Below, piece after piece: positions 43,510-63,172 of a stretch of DNA of 64,000 nucleotides. Made by a program: the position numbers and the translations under genes. Location: assembly GCA_964016885.1 (NCBI GenBank), contig OZ024743.1:238452001-238516000 (forward strand), given 5' to 3'. This DNA is from Eledone cirrhosa (taxonomy: Eukaryota). The notes beneath the pieces were generated by a model. That model was not told the DNA's origin. It made no database searches and saw nothing but the letters and a program-made list of their open reading frames with translations. The stretch's first letter is position 1; the number at the start of each line of letters is the position of its first letter.

Positions 43510-43635
<126 letters not shown>

Positions 43636-43659
43636 ATGGTATGATAGCAATAAATACCA

Positions 43660-44547
43660 GAGTGTTGATTTAGAAGGACCCTAGACAAGCTCAAATTAAA
43701 TATTAAGATAGTTGAAAGACCAGGTATTCCCATGAAAAAAACTAATTAACAAAACATACCCATTTCAAAGATCTCCATCTCTGTACTGATAGGAAATGCA
43801 TAGTCTGCAAGCTAAGCCCGCAAACTAACTAGAAAACAAGGAACGTAGTATATAGCATAAAATGTACTGAGAGACAGTGTAGAAATAAGAACATAACATA
43901 GGTGAAACAGCCTGTAGCATAGGAGAAAGAATAAGTGAACACTGGCGAGGACTCCAGGATGGGAAAAACACATTAGTACTCCACCAACATGCCTAAATGG
44001 AACATAGGGGCACATTAGAGAACATAGAGATAAAAATCATATCCACACACAGAAAAGGTGCAAAGCTTAGACGAATCACAGAGGCGACAAACATAAACGA
44101 GCTCCAACCAAAATTAAACAGAAAACAGGAATGGAATAACAACAACACAACTAGTAATTAAGAACAAAATGATGACATACAGACACCTACAAAAACCAAA
44201 ATAACAAAACAAATCAGACCCACACAGATAGAACAAACAACCAACTAGTGACAAGTAAATAAACACATAACTAAATAAATAAATAAACACACTCACACCC
44301 GGATGTAACGCATGCGCAAAGTAAGCACACAACACACACCACGGAAAAAGAAGATGGTGTAGGATAGAACTAAGGAGAGTCACAAAATAAAAACCTAGTC
44401 ACTGAGGGGTCACAATATGTGTGACGAAAGAGCATTGACAGTACATAAACAACCATCCGGTTATCGAACCAACCTACCGGAAATTCATAATACATTGAAG
44501 TGAAAACCAACAGGGCCGTGCGTTTTTATTGGCAGCATGTATAACAA
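43660..44547 (+). mobile_element. Old PLE 3' fragment related to family 1 (GIY-YIG remnant, UTR, HHR-like motif at 44398-44439)
   Basis: LKLNIKIVERPG..LINKTYPF..CTDRKCIVC..KTRNVVYSIKCT..YIGETA..GERI.EH, then gtca-CTGAGGG-gtcaca..tgtgac-GAAAG agc at-tgac. Confidence 0.8.
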
Positions 44548-45159
44548 TATATATATATATATATATATATAATTGGTGTTGGATGCTTAAAGCGTCCGTA
44601 TGCGGTAGGCCATATGCCCTCATAGAGCAGAGTATGATATCACTGAAAAAAGAGAAAAAATAGGAAATTCTGCTTCGTAGAATCGAGACGTATCCGAGGA
44701 CCCCGCGATTTCAGAGTCAGGTTTGATCACGACATCGATCGTGCCTCGAGCTGGTCGCCCGAGAAACAATTGTAATATGTCCAATAAATTCCTTTCGTCG
44801 CAACACTGATTCTCTTTTTTCTGTGATATATATATACACATATATATATTTATCATAAAATATGTCCATAGAATCATTTGATAAAATATATACACTATTT
44901 CCTATCCCAATTAGCATAATTAACAACATAAAAAAATCAATTAGACCAGGCTATAAGAATAAAGGTTCCTATGAAGAAATATTTGATAAATAAACTACAG
45001 CAGCCTCTTCACGGCCGACCGCAACAGAATATTTACCCAACATTTCAACAGCATGTAGAAACTGACTAAATATACCGTCAACCATATATATATATATAAT
45101 AATAATAATGTTAAAAGGAAACAAAGAATCAGTATATTCATTTGCACCTCTACTACCTA

Positions 45160-45234
<75 letters not shown>

Positions 45235-45238
<4 letters not shown>

Positions 45239-46885
45239 TTGGGGAGGGTCATATTGTTGTAATAATATTGCCAGAATTAATAACAACACACTCACTGTTT
45301 GGTTGGTTTTCGCTTCTGTATTTTTATATCAGTTAATTTATTCGGTCCTCAATGTTTACCATTGACTGACCAACGGTCAAAAATCCAGATATAATATAGA
45401 CACAAACACATATATATATAGTCTAACAAAGTTCTTTCGTTGCACATCTGCAACATCGTCAGTGGTGTTATTATGTTTCCTCCTGTTGTATTGTATGTCT
45501 ACGCCATCTTTATTTAATCTGTTTATTTATTTATTATTTATTTATTTTTGTCTTCTTCTCTGCGCATGCGTTTGCGTGTGTGTATAGTGTTTGGTGCGTG
45601 TTCGCGTTTGAGTGACTGTGTTTTTGGTTATTGTATTTTATCTTAGTTTACTAGTGTGTGTTTATATGTTTGTTGTTATTGTGCTTGTGTATATATTTAT
45701 TTATTTATTTATTTATATTTCTCTTAAGTCAGTATTGTTTGTTTGGGTGTTGTTGTTATTCCATTCATTCTTTCTGTTTAGCTTTGGCCTTCTAGTTCTA
45801 TTTCACTTGCTTCCTGATTTGCCTATCTGCTGGGTCATTTCTATGTTTAGATATTATTTTAATTTCTATGTTGTCTATGTTACCGTCATGTTGTCTGGCG
45901 TGTTCTTATAGTACTGAACTGTTTTTTCGTCCTTTTAGTTCCCCCCAGTGTTGGTCTGTCCTTTCAACTATGCTACGAGGTGGCTCGCCTATCTATGTTG
46001 TTGTCATGTTTCTGCAACTACCCTCTGTACATCTTATGCTATAGACTACGTTTCTAGTTTTACAGTTTATCCGGGGGTTTACTTTACATATAATACATTT
46101 CCTATTAGTACAATGGGCTTTCTTAAAAGGGTATGTTTTGCTGATCAGGGATTTTATAGTAGTTCCTGGCTTTTCTACCACCTTAATCTTTAAGTGGGTC
46201 TTTCTCAGGGCCTTTCTACACTGGTTAGCTAATTTTCTTCCAGGGGCAGCGTCCACGAACATGACACTCTGGTATCTCTGGTTGTCGTACCATGAGGTGG
46301 CTTTCCCTATCTTATGTTTAGTCCTATCTAAGCTATTCCATGATTTGCTCCTGTATAATGGGCAAATTCCTTTCATGTCCAGTTCTATGAGGTTCCTATA
46401 CTTCTCCGTGGCTCCTTCGTATACTCTGATTCTGTCTCTTTAGTTGTAGCCAGAGAACTACATGTGGTTGATGAAGTGTTGGATATGTCTTTCCATTTCT
46501 GTTGGATCGCACATGCGGGACACGTTCTTCATCACTCGTACCAAGTCTGCGATCAGAATATTAAACTTAGCACTACTGGACATTGCTGAGTTTTTGAGTA
46601 TCAGGTATTTGGAGGCCATGGGTTTAGCGTAGTGTGAGTGGAGAATTTGATGTCGTCTACGTAACGAGAGTACATGATGAGGTCTATGTAGCTCTCATCA
46701 AGGTGATCTTTGAGTCTCCTTTCCCACCATACCATAAAACGTTTGGCAACGTCACCAGCTATGCTGACGCCAATGGCTGCTCCCTCATTTTGGGTGTAGA
46801 TCTTCTCGTTGAATTTGAATATATGGCCCTTTAGGGTGGTTTTAATATTAGCCCCTATTGCATGTGCGACCATTTTTCTTACCTA
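45235..46885 (-). mobile_element. Second copy of PLE family 1, 5'-truncated with a ~200-bp internal deletion, flanked by (TA)n
   Basis: Highly similar to 2063-3966. The deletion junction ggagaatTTGA|tgtcgtctac uses TTGA microhomology. Confidence 0.92.
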
Positions 46886-46919
46886 TATATAAATATATAT
46901 ATATAATTATTTATATATA

Positions 46920-48562
46920 TATATTATATAAAAATGACTGTATTGGATATTTGTCTGGTTACAGTATGAGGCGAGTCTGTGGTGTCTGTGTAATACAAAA
47001 AACAGTAAAAAAAATCTTGCAGATATACCAGATTCTTCGTTGTACCGTTTGTGCATAGTATATGAACAATTCTAGGTGCTCCCACCTAGAATAGTGACTT
47101 TTAGGAGATGGTTCATCTTCTGCCTGACTGTAAAACGTGTATCATTGCATAGATGTGGTTGTTCCACGTTTCTCACATATAAACATACACATACACACGT
47201 ACACATGTTAATAGTTATTGCTTTCCTCTTATTTCCACACACATCACACACACACATGTCTCTACACTGACACATATACATAGTGTATCCAACACAGCGT
47301 TCACTTTGCCTCTCTGTTTTTTATTCTCCCCTCTCACTCCCTCATTGGCATTATGCATATTAATTTAAATTTGGTGTCGTTGAGGATGCTAAAGTTAATG
47401 AATTGTTAATTTGCCGCAAATATTTGCGCAGTAATCTACCTCGGTCTCCTTGATCACCCCACATACTTAGTATTTTAAACTCCGCTGACTCCTCATCATC
47501 CGGCATTCACAAGGGTTCTAGTTGAACTGCTCCTTTATGACAGCACACTGTGGGCCACAATGTGGACACTCTGCTCATCCACCTATATGAAAATGACACG
47601 GTTGCATGATCCATTTTTAATATCATCCGTTCGCCTTCTAGCATCTTTACTGGAATGAGGAGCACTTTGGCAACACATTCTCTGGACTTCTGTATTGCGC
47701 TGGCGCTGTTCAGTCAGCTCCTCTTCATCCATCGCAGCACGCCGTTGCTGCTGAATTCCGGCTATATGCTGATGATGTTCAGCCAGTTTGTCTTCAACCA
47801 TCGCAGCACGCCGTCGTTGCTTGGCTCCAGTGTTTCGTTGGCGTTGTTCAGCCAGCTCCTCTTCATTCATGGCGGCACGTCTTCGCCTCTGAAGTTTGGC
47901 GTTCCGATGGCGCTGTTCGGTCCGTTTTTCTTCATTCCTGACTGCACGCCGTCGCTGCTGTAGTTCACTGTTTGATAAAGTCAAATTGCTTTTATTATCA
48001 GTATTTATTTCGAGCAATTGTCAAAAAATGACACAATAACAAATATGAAAGATGTCCGTCAATGTAAAAAAAAGTCCCTATTTACTCCCTTCACAACTCT
48101 GTGTATGTTAGACTGACAGACAGGCACACAGAGAGATAAACTGCGTGACGATTGTGGAACGCCGCACGTACACATACATACACGCATGGAAACGCGCACA
48201 CGCACACACTCAAACATGTTGATAGTTTTTCCTTTCTGCGGAATGCTGCACGCACGCACACACACATAAACATACGCGTACGTACATACAAACGCACACC
48301 TGTTAATAATTATTGCTTTCTTTCCCCTCTTATTTCCACACACATCACACACACATGTCTCTACACTGACACATATACATAGTTTATCCAACACAGCGTT
48401 CACTTTGCCTCTCTGTTTCTTACTCTCCCCTCTCACTCCCTCATTGGCATTATTCATATTAATTTAAGTTTGGCATCGTTGAGGTGGGCGGAGTCGTTTG
48501 AAACCTATGAACCAATGATAATCGAGAATTATGACACACGGAATACTGACATTGTTGAAATT
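46920..48562 (-). mobile_element. Helitron derivative with a Rep N-terminal pseudo-ORF (STPR-like repeats plus zinc finger)
   Basis: 47390-48017 reads ~23-aa EEELAEQRQRN..QRRRAA repeats, then IGG*AECPHCG / CCHKGAVQL..LLRKYLRQINNSLTLAS. Block 47175-47384 is duplicated at 48263-48483. Confidence 0.8.
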
Positions 48563-48660
48563 AATATATATATATATATATATATAAACACACACACACA
48601 CACACACATATATATAATATAGAAATATATTTTTAAATACGTGTTATGTGTGTGTGTGTG

Positions 48661-48790
<130 letters not shown>

Positions 48791-49628
48791 TGTGTATGTA
48801 AATTGGTGTATGCGTGTAAAAAAACCCACGCTAAAAAACAGACAGACACACACACACATACAGTTAGCTATACTTCCACTCGTGTACTCATCAGAAACAC
48901 TAACAAATTACGTGAAAGCACACAAGAAAGTAAAAAAAAAGGCAACATATAGTTTTAGTTATGACTAATTGCAGTGATAGCTGACAGCATTTCGAATCCA
49001 TGCTGTTATTTAGCAGTGGGACTGATGGTGAATGTTGGGAGAAAAAATTATGTAGTAAGACATTATATATTGACTACTCTTGGGAAATATAAGACAAGAG
49101 TCTTATATTGGTAATCATTGCGCCAACATCTTACAGCGTTCCTCTCTTGTCAGACAGCCAACAGCCTCTGGCACGGCCGACATTTTTAGTAAGGTTGTTT
49201 GTTCACATATCTGGACCTAGAACCACACACACACTCACAGACATCATATACACACTCACAGACATCCCATACACACAGACTCACACACACACACACACTC
49301 ACACACACACTCACACACACACTCACACACACACATACACTCACACACACATACACACACACTCACACACTCACACACACACACTCACACACACACACTC
49401 TCACACACACACACTCACACACACACTCACACACACACACGCACGCACACACACTCACACACAATCTCTCTCTCTCTTTCGATCTTTTTCTCTCACACAC
49501 ATATATATATATCAATATATGCATCAGTGTGTGTATGCAGGAATGTGCTAGTATACATATGTAAAAATATGTATAACGATACATTGAAACTTAGAAGCAT
49601 AATGCATAAATATGCATATATGCATGTA

Positions 49629-49699
<71 letters not shown>

Positions 49700-49909
49700 G
49701 CATATATTTATTTGTTAATATGTTTTATATATTTATATGTGCATGTGTGTATGCATGTTTGTAAATTTATACGCAAATATACATATATATTTACACACAC
49801 ACACATGCATCCTTCCCCCTCAATCTGAGTCATTCTCTCCCCCACTCTCTCTTTATATATATGTATACATATTCTATCTTTTAAATGTATTATTATACGT
49901 CCTTTCTAA

Positions 49910-50098
49910 CCGGTGAATTGGCAGTATCGTTAGAGAGTCGGACGCCATGCTTTCCAGCATAGTTACGTCCCTTTACGGCCTGAGTTTAAATCCCGCCGAG
50001 GTTACCTTTGCCTTTCATCCTTAAGGGGTCGATAAAATAAAGTACCAGTAATGTACTGCGTAATTGCTGGCCTTGTGCCAAAAGTAGAAACAATTATT
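49910..50098 (+). mobile_element. tRNA-derived SINE family A with an apparent target-site duplication (ATTATTATACGTCCTTTCT)
   Basis: Full consensus match. The flanking direct repeat lies at ~49889-49907 and ~50093-50111. Confidence 0.9.
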
Positions 50099-50880
50099 AT
50101 ACGTCCTTTCTCAGACGTATTTGTCCCCTTTTTGACAGTATGTTTGGACGAAGGAATATTTGAATTTTACTGGTGAAGAATAATGCATGACAAAACAGAT
50201 TTCTAGACCTTTAGAATCGCCTCCCAGGTTCTATACATAACGATGGTGGACATGTTGAAATTTAATGATCGCAAAAATAAATCTAAAAATTTGTTTCACT
50301 TACATTTGACACAGATTAAATCTCCCATATATATATATATATATATATACACATGTAGAAGGGGTATTTAATTTGTTGGAAGTCCGACAAATCATCCATC
50401 CAACTTACGTAATATGTAAGCCTATGGTATTCCATGATCGAACAGAGGATTCACGTCATCAACAGGAAATTTCGTTGTATGCCTCAAGCCGGTGTGGAAT
50501 GCAATGCCGAACTGCTATCGTTGGCACCCCTCAGTGTTTCACTGTCACGTTTTATTTCCAACAAGGGAAGTAACCTCCGGTTTTTGACGGGCAAATTCAA
50601 AGTGCGAACAAAGGAAATCAATTCCGTTCCACATTTCAAATGAAAAGCTCTCGACTAGACATTATTAAACAAACATAAATAATTAACCAGTCAATGGAAT
50701 TGTCTAATTAAATTAATTAGTTAATCATTAAGTCTAGGAGATAATGATACAAGTGGAAGGTTACTAAAATCGAAGTTTTGGCTGTGGCCAAGTTAACGAC
50801 CTACAATTAGGAATGAGCAGCAAAGCACTCAATAAGGTTGTAGGCCTTAGACTAATAACATAATATATATATATTATATA

Positions 50881-50922
<42 letters not shown>

Positions 50923-51278
50923 AATATTATATATATGTTGCTATCCTTCTATGTTTCTTTACTTGTCTCGCTCGCTTTACGCGATTTACTTGTCCCAATA
51001 GCTTTATTTAGCTATTGCTCGCACCAACTGGAGGTATATGATTTTTAAATCGATGAAATACCAACGAAGGTTGGAAAATTACTGATGAAGAACTATTTTT
51101 ATCATATATAACCCATGTGCAACCACGCAGTATTCATTCTTCTCATGTTTTATATATATATATATATATATAATTATGGAACGAACATTTTAAGGAAACC
51201 TCTCATACATGAAATATACTATATATTAGGGTAAAGAATGAAAACACTCAAGGGCACACACACTTACACACACACACA

Positions 51279-51377
<99 letters not shown>

Positions 51378-51605
51378 ACACACACACACACACACACACG
51401 CACGCATACACACACACGCGTACATGCATATTCATAGATACATATATCTATATTCAGAGACAACCACATGTACACAGAGACTCATATATACACACACACT
51501 TCTGTCCATATATATGTATGTACAAATTTACAAATTTGTCAGTTTATATATATATATGATGAAATATATGGAGAATAGAAATGGCTGTGTAGTTGCTATT
51601 TAAGG

Positions 51606-52127
51606 TAACTTAAAATGCAGTGGAAATACGAAGAAAGCAAGAACATTTCCTCATCAGTTGTCTACTAGAGGTCTAGGATATTTCTCTTCGTATTTCCACT
51701 GCATTTTACCTTTCTTCTCCTGCCTCTTTCCCTCTCACTTTCACCCCCCCTACCCGTCTGACCGTTTAGCAGTTTTCTCTTCTCACTTACAACTGCGGCC
51801 ATCGGGCGTGTGTCTTTTCTCAGTCTCGAACGTAAGTTCTATTATCGAGTGGTCTTGGATTTCCTACCTATAGCTGCTCGCACATTGCTCGGTTTGTGTG
51901 TTTTTTTCACTGTTTTGTTAGTTTCTCTTTTCTTCCCCTTTGCTTTCCTTCCCTCCTTCCTTCGTTTTCCCAATAACTTATCCAGTTATTGACGCCCTGG
52001 GGTGAAGTGGTATCTTGTCTTTAAAGCGTAGAAATATCCTAGACCCCCCAGTAGACAAATGATGAGGAAAACTCCCCCCCCCCCCCTGTTCTTGCGTTCT
52101 TCGTATTTCCACTGCATTTTAAGTTAT
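51606..52127. mobile_element. ORF-less module with inverted terminal segments and an internal direct repeat (pLTR-like)
   Basis: 51606-51646 is the reverse complement of 52087-52127. 51647-51684 is the reverse complement of 52030-52070. TTCGTATTTCCACTGCATTTTA occurs at both 51687 and 52100. Confidence 0.7.
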
Positions 52128-52144
52128 ATATATATATATTTATA

Positions 52145-52208
<64 letters not shown>

Positions 52209-52393
52209 CACAGGCACACATATATTAATGTATATGTGTGTGTATATACCTGCTCTCTGCAGGAGATAAAATCTCTGAGAATACTCCAAAGACAGTCAAT
52301 AAAGACTGTTCGTAACACATAAAATGGCTATGAGGGAATAAAAACCTATTTAAGGAGACAAAAACTCAAAACCGCTAACGCCAAAACAACAAC

Positions 52394-52439
<46 letters not shown>

Positions 52440-52759
52440 GTAATAATAATATGAATAATAATAATAATAACAAGAAGAAGAACAACAACAACAAACAATG
52501 AATGAAAAACAAAACAAGTTACTTTAACACTTAGCGAATCGCTAAAAACTCCGCTAAAACGAATTTATACTTTTAAATACAAAATGTATATACCTATATA
52601 TACATATGTACATATTTATCTACCTACCTAGACACACATACGTACATACGCACACAGATACTCACACACTTATACACACACATATATATGCATAAATAAA
52701 TATATATATATATATGCACACATACGTACACACACATATTTACATAGACATAGACATAG

Positions 52760-52805
<46 letters not shown>

Positions 52806-53246
52806 GAACATATATTCACATACATCTATATGCGTGTATGCATATGAATATATATATATATATATATATGTGTGTGTCTGTGTGTGTGTGTGTATATATA
52901 CGTGCGTGTGTTTGGCAGTAGTAACAATAGAAGGTGCATATACGATCTTGTATATAGAGACACATGCTAAGATGCTGTGACATAGTTTTGAAGCTTTACA
53001 AATCGAATTACAAGCCTGTATGTCTTTACTCAATGTAAAACTAGCAGAATGTGGAAATTGATCCTCACTAACCATTTTCTATCATATTACCATGGCTTTG
53101 TACAAACTGTATACGACAAAGACACAAAAAAGAACTAGCAGCAATGCCATACCCGCTACAACATCACCACCACAAACACCAATATCGCCCTCTAACGACA
53201 ACATCAGCAGCAACCACAATCACAAGTACATAGACAGTTAACAGTG

Positions 53247-53819
<573 letters not shown>

Positions 53820-54513
53820 GATATATACACACACATACACACACATTCCCACATGCACACATATACACACACATACACATATATATATACATACACAAAC
53901 TCACACACACACACACTCAGAATTACACACACATAAACACACACACACACACATATATACATATATATATGTATATATATTGTAGTACAAAGTTGGTATT
54001 AATATCGAAGAGTTTAGAACATTCACTCAGTTGGCCGAGTTATATATAATCAGTTACAGTAATGACTTATATAACGAATATTATGTCGCTGTACAACCCG
54101 CCTCGGTATAGACAGAAGTATTTCAGCTAACAGTAGGATTACCTGTTGAGAATTACCTCTCAGTCCTAATTTGCCAATAAACAATTTTCAATGCTTATGG
54201 TTGGAGGTCGAAACCAAAAGAATTTTTGTCCATGTGATGGAAGTGTAAATATCTCTACTCTTTCTAAGTTAAACTGTTAGAATTCATAAATGTCTTTGAT
54301 TGTTATCTGTCTGTTTGTTCTATATAGGTGCTGCTATCCTATGAACGAACCACTATGATGTGTTCCGAAGCGAATTATTCACACGCATGCCATTTCTATA
54401 TTAAATATTATATGTATATATATATAATTTAATATAGAAATGGGTTTTATACGACTAGAACTGTTTCATTGAGTACCTTATTTACTGGTGCTACCCCCGA
54501 TTGAACACAGGGC

Positions 54514-58062
<3,549 letters not shown>

Positions 58063-59406
58063 TTCCATTTACACAATTCAGAAAAACAACATAGAAATAA
58101 ATGAAGAAATAAATAAAGCGACAAACTCTGATTACTTCATGACTTCCATTCGACTATCATATTTTTGTTGTTTTAGAAATTACACGAGAAAAGAAAGGTT
58201 GTAGTTAACACGTTTATCATAACGTAGTTACACTGTTCTGTCGTTGTTATCAGCAAGTATCTAAGGTACTGTAATAATATTTAACACTTGTATCATTACA
58301 TGACTAAGAAATCAATATAAATGTTCAGATCAAACAGCGAAGCTATTTTAACACAATGGAACATTTTATTTCAGGCGACGACGAATTATTAGTAATACAA
58401 GTCCTTATACATATATATACTTACACACCATCACATACACAGCCACACACGCACAGCCACACACACACACACATTATATATTCCCCAAAACGCTGAAAAT
58501 ATACATAAACAGATAGAGGCTCAAACAAATATAGTCACCTCTGAGCAAATACATACATACATACATGTCTGCATGCTTGCCAACCTACCTACCTATTTAC
58601 CTATCTACCCACCTTCCTTCCTACAAACTTACCTACTTAACTACTTATATATCCATCTACATACATACATACATACTGCATCTAATAACTGCATATACAC
58701 ATGTACAGATACAAAGCATATATACATGCACACATACAACTCAAAACACACATGCATGCAGACATACATACATATCTACCTAGTTGATGTTGTGTAAATT
58801 CCAATGAGAAAGTCTTGTGTCTATGTTAGAAACCGACTCTCTCTCTATTGGTAAAACTTTGTGAAATTATAAAACCAGAAGAACATACATACATACATAC
58901 ATACATACATACATACATACGTCTGTACCTACATGTCTACATACATACTTACATCTACCTACGTACCTACATACATAGATACGTAGGCACTATATATGTA
59001 AATACCTACATATGTACGTACATACATTCATACATATGTAGCGAAATTATCACAGGAATAAATCTATAGGTATGGAACGCAGACTAAAGCACCTATGACA
59101 TCACCGACAGAAATATGTGTGATGAAACCTCAGAGTATTTAACCGAAGTTACAGTTTTCAATAGCCTCACTCTGGGTGAAGGAATTTGGCTGCGGTCGTC
59201 ACCGTAGTACTCGGTACTGTCACAGCCAACTCATGGCACCTAGGTTAGTAAATCTGTTAGATATCTAATTCTACCTCTCTTTCATGTTTACAGGCTCGGT
59301 ACACACCATAAATCATCCAGTTTATTATGTCCAACATTCCATATTATAATATCGCCACACATATATCATGTAATGTATACACTTTGATTATTTACATTGA
59401 ATATAA

Positions 59407-59597
59407 TAATTGTTTCTACTTTTGGCACCAGGCCAGCAATTATTTCAGTGCATTACTGGTACTTTATTTTATCGACCCGTAAGGATGAAAGGCAAATTAA
59501 CCTCGGCGGGATTTGAACTCAGATCATAAAGGGAGGTAACTCTATGCTTCAAAGCATGGCGTCCGACCCTCTACCGATACTGCCAATCCACCGCCTT
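59407..59597 (-). mobile_element. tRNA-derived SINE family A with a target-site duplication (ACATTGAATATAATAAT)
   Basis: Full consensus. The flanking direct repeat lies at ~59394 and ~59611. Confidence 0.9.
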
Positions 59598-59987
59598 GAT
59601 ACCCCAATCCACATTGAATATAATAATATTTTAGTAACACGAACACCTTGTGGTTCATCAGATTGCTGATTCAAATCATTATTTTTCTGTTGACACATAT
59701 CATCAGAAAATTCGAACGTCGTTTCAAACCTCCGATTGACGAATAAATAACTTCATTTGTACTCAACAGATGCTTTCATTTTTCTTTAACCTTTTCGTCA
59801 ATGTCAAATTGAGCGGGTATGAATAAAATTTAATAAAACCAGGTGTTCTTGGGTATAACCCAATTTAACCCAAAGTAATTTCCCTTCATCCAAACAACAG
59901 CCAAATCCTCACGTCAATACATATTGAATAATTCTCACATATATTCAATCTACAATCCTACATTCCTTCTCATAGCATATCAGCTAA

Positions 59988-60031
<44 letters not shown>

Positions 60032-60249
60032 TATGATGATTACTTCATCTTGTCTGATGATAGTTGTCTCAACATCATCTCAATCTCTCCAACAGGATTA
60101 CGCCATCCCATGTGCATGGGGGTGACTTTTCAATTCAGCATCTGATTTACAAGGTATTTGACACAAGTAACATATGTATGCCAGTATTTGTACTGGGTTT
60201 ATTGCATGACGATGTGGAATTTCCTGTTGATGAGCTGAACCTACATATG

Positions 60250-61475
60250 GCGTTTTAACCTGGAGGTTGTCTTTCATATCTTACCACAAATTGGAGAAGT
60301 AGTCATATTTGGAGGTACAGGGAGATTTGTAACATGATCTGCCTGTGTCATTGTCTGTTCAAGCGTTTTCATATAGTTTATAAAACCAGCTTTAGAGAGA
60401 AGGGCATGGTGCCGTAGATTGGAATTCCTATAATCAATATTTTCAATTTCTATCAACTCACCTTTTCTTAATGCTCGTTTTAGCTCTGCCCTTGCTGTTC
60501 TCGTTTCATCAAATGATTTACACGCTGATTTAATTGTTCTTCTCCATGTATTACGACCAAGAGTCTGCTTTTCCAATCGATTTATATCTAAACTCAGACA
60601 TTTTAAATATTCTTTACTACAATCTTTGTACCTTTTCTTAGATCTATGCTGTGTCTTTTTCCTTGCACAAGCTCACCATGAAAGATTTCCTTTGGAAGCC
60701 TTGTGTCATTGATGCGAACAAGATGTCCTACCGAGTGCATTTCATTCTTAATGACAAGGGAATTGATTGAAGAGAAGCCCGGTCTTTGTAAAGCTTCAGT
60801 GTCAAATATCACGGTCCTCCATTTAATGCCTAGGATTTGCTGAATTCACTTTTGGTGGAGACTATAAAATATCTTGAAATGCCACTCGTGAGTGGTCCAT
60901 GCATCACACACATTCAACAAAACTGTAAGCACACATATCTCACACATAGCTATTTATGTTTGTCCTTAATATAATGCCTCTTTCTGACCACACCTTTTCC
61001 ACAAATGTTCCAAATGCCACGCTTGCCCTCTGCAACTAAATTCCCGTCCCTCGACAGAGTACTACCCAGATGCACGAAAACATCCATCACTGACAACCTA
61101 GTCTCATTCACATATGTATTTGGCACGATATAAGGTTCTCCTAGAGCTGAATTTTACATCACCTTCGTCTTAGTTAATCTTCTAGTGGGCCCCAAAAGAG
61201 GACAAGCTTCAGAAATGTATCCATCGTGTACTGCATGTCTTATTCTGAGTGTGCAACAAAGCTACATCATCAACATACAAAAGTTCACGAATCAACACAT
61301 TGAATGAAACAAATTTATTAGTAAATCTTAAATTAAAGACTTCCCTAAATGTTTGGAAACACAGGTTTATGCCTCGATTACATCTATGAAATGCATAAGC
61401 AAGGAGAACGACAAAGTATAATGCAAATAGTGTTGCCGGAATGTCCCCTTGCTTAACACCGTTGCCTACATACAT
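60250..61475 (-). mobile_element. Degenerate RTE/BovB-like LINE fragment
   Basis: NGVKQGD..A.LF.LYF..FNL..IRELLYVDD.AL, GHLVRI.DTRLPKEIFHGEL..GKR, and R..WR..I..F...R. Many frameshifts. Confidence 0.8.
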
Positions 61476-62744
61476 ACATGATTGATGGCTTCCCCCTTGT
61501 TATCAAGTATGGCCATTGCACGATATACCATTATTAATAATTATTAATTAATTCTATCGTGCAATGCCTGTACGTGAAGATATTTTTGAAAGTGAGGAAA
61601 AACTGTGCACTGAGCCAATCCCACTCTCTGAGCGACAGTAGCTACAACCCGAAAAGAAGAAAAGATCAACATCATCGGTAACTACTGAGCCGCAGGTTTT
61701 ATATCAGCCCGACTATTTCTATGTCCCTGCGCATATACATACACATGCACCCATGTATATACACATATACATATACATACATGTGTATATACATATTTAC
61801 ACACTTTTGGATGGCCGTTGATTCTTATGAGTTCTTCCGCCCTTTGTCAGATTTTGTTTTTTGTCCTCCAGGGTGTCCAAAATCACCCTTCTCACCAAGT
61901 AAACTTGGTGGGGTTGCCGGTTTAGTCGTCGACCACCCGACCATGCGACAGGTTGTACTGGGTTATATGTTACCAGTAGCACTCAAGAGTGACCCGACAT
62001 ACATACATAATTTTAACGAGCTTCCGTATCCCGGTATCCAAAATGCACTCTCAGCTTCATACCCATTATATGATTGCTGGAGTTCACCCGACTGTATCAA
62101 ATGAGACCATTTTTTGTGTAGGTGCTTCGTATTTTTGTCTGAGATTGGTAGCAGATATTGTGGTTTGAGACCTAGAGTGGTTTCTCATATATGCCCAAAG
62201 AAAGAACCAGTAATATTAGTAATTAAGTTTACATCTAACTGACCTAAAGATCTTAATACCGCTTCACCAATTAAATATTCTGAGATAACGATACAATGAG
62301 AGGAGGGTTTCCAAACAGTCGTTCAACGTTTCTCTATCAACAAAATCTCTATCAATTTCTCCATATCGTCTTCAAAAACGAAGAGGAGCCTGTCTGAATG
62401 CTACATTAAATAATGTTAACTCGTGTTCATATAAAAAATAGAGGATGGGATACTCGAGGCTGGAATGATTTTTGAACATAAATACGAACAACTGATACTG
62501 ACTTGGGACATGAACACCAACAATTGATACGATTTATTTAATATTTAGGGGATTTTTTACATAATTTAACCATTTATATTGTCCTTCCTCTTCCAGAATT
62601 ACAACTCTGCTTGTCCACATGAATTATCACAGCCATCTACTAACATGTGTTCAAGAAATATACGTAACTACATCGATCTAGAGGGTATTGGGTGATCTAG
62701 AAAACCCCTTCTTCCTGACCAAATCATTAAACACGCACACACAC

Positions 62745-62835
<91 letters not shown>

Positions 62836-63004
62836 GAGATTACTATGGGGATAAATATAGTTAATTGATTAATGTACATATATCTCTAGTAATTCTGGAT
62901 TTGGTAAAGAAAAACATACATACAGACAGAGAAAAAATGGGAACGAATTTAAAACGTAGACACATTTTATTCGGAATATCTACCGTAACGGATATTCTAA
63001 TCTA

Positions 63005-63172
63005 CTGTATTTCCCGGCGCCGAAGACGCTTCGTCCTCGAGGACGCACCCTAATTTTGACAACAAAAAAATAGAAAAAAAATAATAAACAACTTTCGGCC
63101 TCCAGGACGCATGGTAGATTTTTGAGACTTATTTTATGAAAAAAGTAGCGTCTTCGACGCCGAGAAATACGA
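63005..63172. mobile_element. Tc/mariner-superfamily (pogo/Tc2-like) MITE
   Basis: TIRs CTGTATTTCCCGGCGCCGAAGACGCT and AGCGTCTTCGACGCCGAGAAATACGA, flanked by a TA target duplication. Confidence 0.8.

Noticed and set aside
61560-62110. 127-aa ORF and a GC-richer segment next to the RTE fragment
   Set aside because: The ORF starts in low-complexity sequence and has no recognisable motifs.
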